Source: Patescibacteria group bacterium
Lineage (GTDB): Bacteria; Patescibacteriota; Microgenomatia; Levybacterales; GWA1-39-11
Assembly: GCA_035549315.1 (NCBI GenBank)
Contig: DASZRC010000026.1
Location: forward strand, 988 to 64,987
Direction: 5' to 3'
DNA length: 64,000 nucleotides
Under the pieces are notes generated by a model. The model saw only the letters and a program-made list of their open reading frames with translations, ran no database searches and had not been told where the DNA came from. The translations under genes were made by a program, and so were the position numbers. Shown here one piece after another: positions 59,224 to 64,000 of the stretch; position 1 is the stretch's first letter, and every line of letters begins with the position of its first letter.

Positions 59224-60326
59224 ACATATTGATACTAAATTGGCGGGATCCGGCTAATCCTAAAAGTGGTGGGGCAGAAACAGTAACAATGGAACACGCT
59301 AGTGCTTGGGTTAAGGCTGGGCACAAAGTTACCTGGTTCTCATCTATGTTTAATGGAGCAAAGCAAATTGAAATTATTCGCGGGGTCGAGGTTTTTAGGA
59401 GAGGAAATCCTCTCACTGTTTATATTCTAGCGCCACTTTTTTACCTCTTTTCTAAAAGATCATTTGATTTGGTATTAGATGAAATACATGGGTTGCCATT
59501 TCTCACTCCTCTTTATATTAAAAAACCTAAATTAGTTCTAATACATGAAGTAGCGGGTGAGATATGGTCTTATATGTTTCCTTTCCCAATTAGTATGGTA
59601 GGCAAATTCGCGGAGTCTTTATATTTTAAACTATACAAAAAAATATACTTTTGGGTCCCTAGCAAGTCTACAATGGATGACTTAATTAAGATGGGTATAA
59701 AAAAAAGATATATAAAGCTAATAAACGATGGTATAGACAACAAGCCACTTACTAAGCTTCCTATTAAAGAAAAAACCCCAACATTCATTTTTGTTAGCAG
59801 AATAGTTAAGATGAAAGGTGTTGAGGAGGTAATAAAATCATTTTTTTTCATATTAAAAGAATTAAAAGATGGGAATTTGTGGATTGTTGGTGATGGTGAC
59901 CCGGAGTATATAGAATACCTCAAGGAAGTTTTAAGGAGTTATTCAATTAGTGCAAAAGTTAAGTTTTTTGGAAGAGTATCAAATGCAGAAAAGTTCAAGC
60001 TTATGAGTAAGGCAAATTTGCTTTTACATGCATCAAGGAAAGAAGGATGGGGACTAGTGGTGATTGAGGCAGCAAGTCAGGCAACACCATCTGTAGTATA
60101 TGATGTTTCCGGTCTTAGAGATTCGGTCATTAACGGCAAAACCGGAATTGTCATTACAGAAAATAAGCCTGAAAGTATGGCAAGAGCTGCAATTGATCTG
60201 ATCAAAGATAATAGAAAGTACAATAAATACCAAAATAATTGTTTAGCGTGGGCAAAAAGATTAGAATGGGATAAGCCAATAAAAGAAAGTTTAGAGCTTA
60301 TAAAAGATGTTGAAAAGGGTATTTAG
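59220..60326 (+). CDS. GT4 glycosyltransferase (paralog of 61753..62850)
   Basis: MNILILNWRDPANPKSGGAE ... EGWGLVVIEAASQATPSVVYDVSGLRDSV. Confidence 0.75.
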   Translation: MNILILNWRDPANPKSGGAETVTMEHASAWVKAGHKVTWFSSMFNGAKQIEIIRGVEVFRRGNPLTVYILAPLFYLFSKRSFDLVLDEIHGLPFLTPLYIKKPKLVLIHEVAGEIWSYMFPFPISMVGKFAESLYFKLYKKIYFWVPSKSTMDDLIKMGIKKRYIKLINDGIDNKPLTKLPIKEKTPTFIFVSRIVKMKGVEEVIKSFFFILKELKDGNLWIVGDGDPEYIEYLKEVLRSYSISAKVKFFGRVSNAEKFKLMSKANLLLHASRKEGWGLVVIEAASQATPSVVYDVSGLRDSVINGKTGIVITENKPESMARAAIDLIKDNRKYNKYQNNCLAWAKRLEWDKPIKESLELIKDVEKGI

Positions 60327-61641
60327 TAAATCATCCAATATATTTTTGATTCTCGTTGCAATCCTCTTATTGGGGTTTTATCTAAGAGTGAATAACCTTT
60401 ATACTTGGCCTCGCCTTGGAGCTACCTTTGATGAATATGCTTGGACTTGGGAAGGTATGAATTTAATACAAAAAGGAGTTCCTGTGTCTTGGTCTCCACA
60501 CCCCCAATACAAAACAGCTAAAGATATTATTTACCAAAAAACACATTTTAGAATAGTTAAGCCGTTCTTGGAACATCCTCCGGTTTTTGGTTTAGTTGCG
60601 GGTTCATTTGCAATACTTAATGGGGCATCAGATATGTACCATTTATCAATAAATAATATCCGTCCGCTTGCTGTAATTTTGGGATTAATATCAATACTTC
60701 TTGTGTATTTACTTGTGGAAGAAGTATATGACAAAAAAACCGCATTGCTCTCCTCACTTTTATATGCAACTATTCCAACAGTTGTTGTTGGATCAAGAAT
60801 TGTACAAAATGAAAACTTTTTTATCCCTGTTTGGTTATTAAGCCTCTGGTTAATCGCAAAATATATTAAAAATAAGAAAAGCCTATATAGAAACCTAGCT
60901 GCTTTACTGTGTGTATTGTTGGTTCTTGCTAAAGTACCTTGGGTTGCTGCTTCCGGTTCGATTTTTTTAATTTTTCTTTACCTCAAGCAATATAAAAACG
61001 CCTTAATTTTCTTTTTAGGACCAATTTTGGGGTTGGCTATATACACAATATACGGATTCTACTATGATTCAAATTTATTTCTTAGCTTGTGGGGTCTTCA
61101 ATTGAATCGTTATGATTTAACATTTAATAGTATTTTTGCAATCTTTACAGAGCCATTTTTGGTTGACAGATATATGGTAGATGGATGGATATATTTTGGT
61201 TGGTTTGCATTTATCTTACTTTTGACAAAAGACATCAAGAAAAACTTTATTATTATTTTTGGGTTACTAGCTTACTTTTCAATCTTTATATTTGCAATTC
61301 CCAATGAACCCGGCCATGGATGGTATAGATATCCATTTTATCCATTTTTAGCAATTTCAATTGCAGTATTTATAATTGACTACTTTAAAAAGAATTTATT
61401 GCTAACTTTTCTTTTTATCATAATGGTAGGTACCTCTTTATTGCAATTATCTTACGGAATTAAATTTGGTTTTTCTTTTAAAGTATTTAGATTATTTCTT
61501 CTATCAACAGGAATTGTGCTAATTCCTTTATTTTTTAAAAACAAAAATATTAAAAAATTATCCTTGTTATATGCTGATGCAATGATTATATTCTTTATTC
61601 TTTTGAATATTTGGGCGGTATTGGAGTATAACGAACAGTGA
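60307..61641 (+). CDS. GT-C glycosyltransferase, PMT_2/GT39-like (short form)
   Basis: ATFDEYAWTWEGMNL is the DE motif. LEHPPVFGLVAGSFAIL is the HPPL-type block. Confidence 0.5.
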   Translation: MLKRVFSKSSNIFLILVAILLLGFYLRVNNLYTWPRLGATFDEYAWTWEGMNLIQKGVPVSWSPHPQYKTAKDIIYQKTHFRIVKPFLEHPPVFGLVAGSFAILNGASDMYHLSINNIRPLAVILGLISILLVYLLVEEVYDKKTALLSSLLYATIPTVVVGSRIVQNENFFIPVWLLSLWLIAKYIKNKKSLYRNLAALLCVLLVLAKVPWVAASGSIFLIFLYLKQYKNALIFFLGPILGLAIYTIYGFYYDSNLFLSLWGLQLNRYDLTFNSIFAIFTEPFLVDRYMVDGWIYFGWFAFILLLTKDIKKNFIIIFGLLAYFSIFIFAIPNEPGHGWYRYPFYPFLAISIAVFIIDYFKKNLLLTFLFIIMVGTSLLQLSYGIKFGFSFKVFRLFLLSTGIVLIPLFFKNKNIKKLSLLYADAMIIFFILLNIWAVLEYNEQ

Positions 61642-61752
61642 TTTGCCGGTAAGATTTTCTGCCCAAAATACTACCTTTTCTTATCCACGATTATACTGTA
61701 ATATTCATTATCTGTTAGCTATAAATGAAGCTAAAGAACAGCGAAGTTATCT

Positions 61753-62850
61753 ATGAGAATTTTGATACTGAATTGGCGGGACATAAAACACAGTTGGGCC
61801 GGAGGGAGTGAACTGTATATTCATGAGTTGGCAAAACGTTGGGTAAAGTTAGGATCTGAGGTAACTTTATTTTGTGCTCAGGATATAGTCCAACCTCTTC
61901 CGGATAAGGAAGTTATCGACGGAATTACAATTTTTAGAAAAGGAGGAAAGTTCTCTGTTTATTTTTGGGCTTTTATTTACTACTTTAAATATTTTAGAAA
62001 TAAGACAGATGTAATACTTGATGTAGAAAATGGGATTCCATTCTTTACTCCATTCTATTCTAGAAAAAAGAAAGTTTGTTTGGTTTACCACGTTCATGGA
62101 AAACAATTTTTTTATGAGCTTCCCTTTCCAATAAGTATTCTTGGATATGTTCTTGAGAAGTACGTATTTCCACTTTTGTATAGGAATATTAATATTATGG
62201 CAATCTCCAAAAGTACTAAAAGAGAGCTTGAAAGATTGGGTTTTAAATCTAAACGGATTTCTATCGTAGAGCCGGGTGTAAGTATAAATGGCTCCAAAAT
62301 ATTATCTGTAAGTAAATACAATAAGCCAACGGTAGTTTATTTGGGTAGGATTAAGAAATATAAAAGAATAGAAATACTTGTTAATATTATGCCAAAAATT
62401 TTGGAAAAAATTCCCAATGCAAGATTGTTAATTGCAGGATGGGGAAGTGAGGCACCCTTTATAATTGATTTGGCAATGAAAAGTAAAGTTAGGAAAAGAA
62501 TTGAGTTGATAGGACCAGTTAGTGAGTATGAAAAGAAAATATTGCTCTCAAAATCTTGGATTTTTGTTAATCCTTCTTTGCATGAGGGGTGGGGAATATC
62601 TGTTATTGAGACAAATCTTATGGGAACTCCTGCAATAGGATTTAATGTACCAGGTCTTTCAGATTCAATTAAAAATGGATATAATGGGTATCTCTGTGGG
62701 GATGAAGAGGCTATGATTGGGGCAATAGTCAAAGTTTTAGAGAATAAAAAATTGAGAGAAAACTTGAGTAAAAATTCAAAAAAATGGGCACATCAGTTCA
62801 ATTGGGATAATGCTGCTAAACTTAGTTTGAGAATGATAAAAAAAACATAA
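61753..62850 (+). CDS. GT4 glycosyltransferase
   Basis: MRILILNWRDIKHSWAGGSE ... EGWGISVIETNLMGTPAIGFNVPGLSDSI. Confidence 0.75.
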   Translation: MRILILNWRDIKHSWAGGSELYIHELAKRWVKLGSEVTLFCAQDIVQPLPDKEVIDGITIFRKGGKFSVYFWAFIYYFKYFRNKTDVILDVENGIPFFTPFYSRKKKVCLVYHVHGKQFFYELPFPISILGYVLEKYVFPLLYRNINIMAISKSTKRELERLGFKSKRISIVEPGVSINGSKILSVSKYNKPTVVYLGRIKKYKRIEILVNIMPKILEKIPNARLLIAGWGSEAPFIIDLAMKSKVRKRIELIGPVSEYEKKILLSKSWIFVNPSLHEGWGISVIETNLMGTPAIGFNVPGLSDSIKNGYNGYLCGDEEAMIGAIVKVLENKKLRENLSKNSKKWAHQFNWDNAAKLSLRMIKKT

Positions 62851-62856
62851 AATACC

Positions 62857-63693
62857 GTGCAAAATAAAAAAAATCTTCCTTTAGTTTCTGTATCAATACC
62901 AACTTTAAATTCGGCAAAAACTATTGCTAAAACCCTTGATTCTTTGAAGAACCAAACTTATAAGAATATAGAAATTATTATTGGTGATGGTGGTAGTAAG
63001 GATGATACTGTCAAGATTGCTAGAAAGTATGGAGCAATCATATGTTATGGTAAAGCACTAGGAAAGGCACGATTTGAAATTTTGCAAAAAGCTCGAGGTA
63101 AATATGTCATTACAATCGATTCAGATCAATACGTTGGTAAAACTCTAATAGAAAGAGCTGTTAAAAAAATGGAAAAAAATGATTATGATGGTCTTATTTT
63201 AAATGAAGAGTCGGTAATAGGTAAAAATACATTTATCGAAAAACTTTTGGCATATGATAAATGGGTAGTAGTCTCGAGTAAAGATCATAACCCACTTTTT
63301 GGTGCAGAAATACCTAGAATGTTTAAGAGAAAGAACATGCTAACTTTTAAATGGCCAAAAACCGTATCTATTCTTGATGATGCCATTTTGTTTAAAGATA
63401 ATCTAGCAAAGCTTAAAAATGTTGGATACTTGGGGGGAGATGGGATAAAACACAAGGAGGTTGATGACTTTTTTGTTTTCTTTAAAAAATTTATGAGATA
63501 TGGTAAATTGTATTCCGGAACGCTCAAGGTATCCGGTAGTACAACGCTCGCCCACAGTCTTCCAAGACGTAATTATTTTAGAATGGAAGTTATTAAAAGG
63601 CCAAACGTTTTTTTAAGCTTAATGATCTTATACCTTATTAAGGGTGTGGCCGTAACTTGTGGTATCATTTCATACAAATTAACCGGAAAATAA
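62857..63693 (+). CDS. GT2 glycosyltransferase
   Basis: VSVSIPTLNSA...IEIIIGDGGSKDDT...YVITIDSDQ. GTG start. Confidence 0.6.
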   Translation: MQNKKNLPLVSVSIPTLNSAKTIAKTLDSLKNQTYKNIEIIIGDGGSKDDTVKIARKYGAIICYGKALGKARFEILQKARGKYVITIDSDQYVGKTLIERAVKKMEKNDYDGLILNEESVIGKNTFIEKLLAYDKWVVVSSKDHNPLFGAEIPRMFKRKNMLTFKWPKTVSILDDAILFKDNLAKLKNVGYLGGDGIKHKEVDDFFVFFKKFMRYGKLYSGTLKVSGSTTLAHSLPRRNYFRMEVIKRPNVFLSLMILYLIKGVAVTCGIISYKLTGK

Positions 63694-63694
63694 A

Positions 63695-64000
63695 TGAAAC
63701 TAAAAAACAAAAAAATTCTTTTAACAGGTGGTCATGGATTTTTAGGAAGACACGTATATAAAGCACTTCTGAAAAGAGGTGTACCTAAGGAAAATATTTA
63801 TGCTCCATCTTCCAAAGACTTAGATTTAAGAAAGTGGAGTAACTCTATTAAGGCAACTAAGGGTCAAGATATTGTTATTCATTTAGCCGCAAAAGTTGGA
63901 GGAATAGGTTTAAATCGTGATAAGCCGGCCGAGCTTTTCTATGAGAATGCATTAATGGGCATACAATTAATTGAAGCTGCAAGGCTTTCAGGAGTTGAAA
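63695..64000 (+). CDS. fcl: GDP-L-fucose synthase-like NAD-dependent epimerase/reductase (partial, continues beyond the window)
   Basis: KILLTGGHGFLGRHVYKAL...DIVIHLAAKVGGIGLNRDKPAELFYENALMGIQLIEAA resembles the Fcl N-terminus. Confidence 0.55.

Noticed and set aside
1-64000. CRISPR arrays, rRNA genes, integrases, transposases, prophage structural genes
   Set aside because: No regular repeat-spacer pattern, no rRNA-like conserved stretches and no recombinase or transposase motifs were seen in any frame. The only mobile-element-like signals are the two GIY-YIG genes and the tRNA-end repeats.

Overview
This is an AT-rich window that appears to use the standard bacterial genetic code: TGG is used as Trp and there are no in-frame TGA codons in the long ORFs. 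Gene content and architecture look like a Patescibacteria/CPR (Microgenomates-like) genome. Positions 1-15.2 kb carry mixed housekeeping and DNA-repair genes. These include an aldo/keto reductase, a transglutaminase-like protein, the GH77 4-alpha-glucanotransferase, and a tight DUF3072-SDR-DUF72-Fpg/Nei operon. The NHEJ pair Ku + LigD (PE-Lig-Pol), an SCHR chromate-transporter pair, a HAD hydrolase, TrhO, an AlkZ/YcaQ-like glycosylase and an ImmA-like peptidase are also there. A tRNA-Glu(CUC) sits on the minus strand. Its 3'-side carries a small island with a GIY-YIG nuclease gene and a methyltransferase-like gene, bounded by nested direct repeats of the tRNA 3' end. From 15.3 kb to the window end (about 49 kb) almost every gene is on the + strand and translationally coupled. 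This stretch forms a very large glycosylation locus. It has four DPM1/CsbB-like GT2 polyprenyl-phosphate sugar synthases, about five other GT2, four GT4, two Wzx-like flippases, GalE and a partial Fcl-like epimerase/reductase. It also has at least 18 polytopic membrane proteins falling into paralogous GT-C-like families: YfhO x3, PTPS-related-like x5, PMT_2/GT39-like x5, a DUF2029-like pair and others. A second GIY-YIG gene and a four-helix-bundle gene interrupt the locus. Two copies of an about 60-nt conserved, apparently structured RNA-like element lie in the only sizeable + strand intergenic gaps, upstream of glycosylation genes. Family names are my recognition of motifs by eye. No database search was run, so they should be treated as hypotheses.
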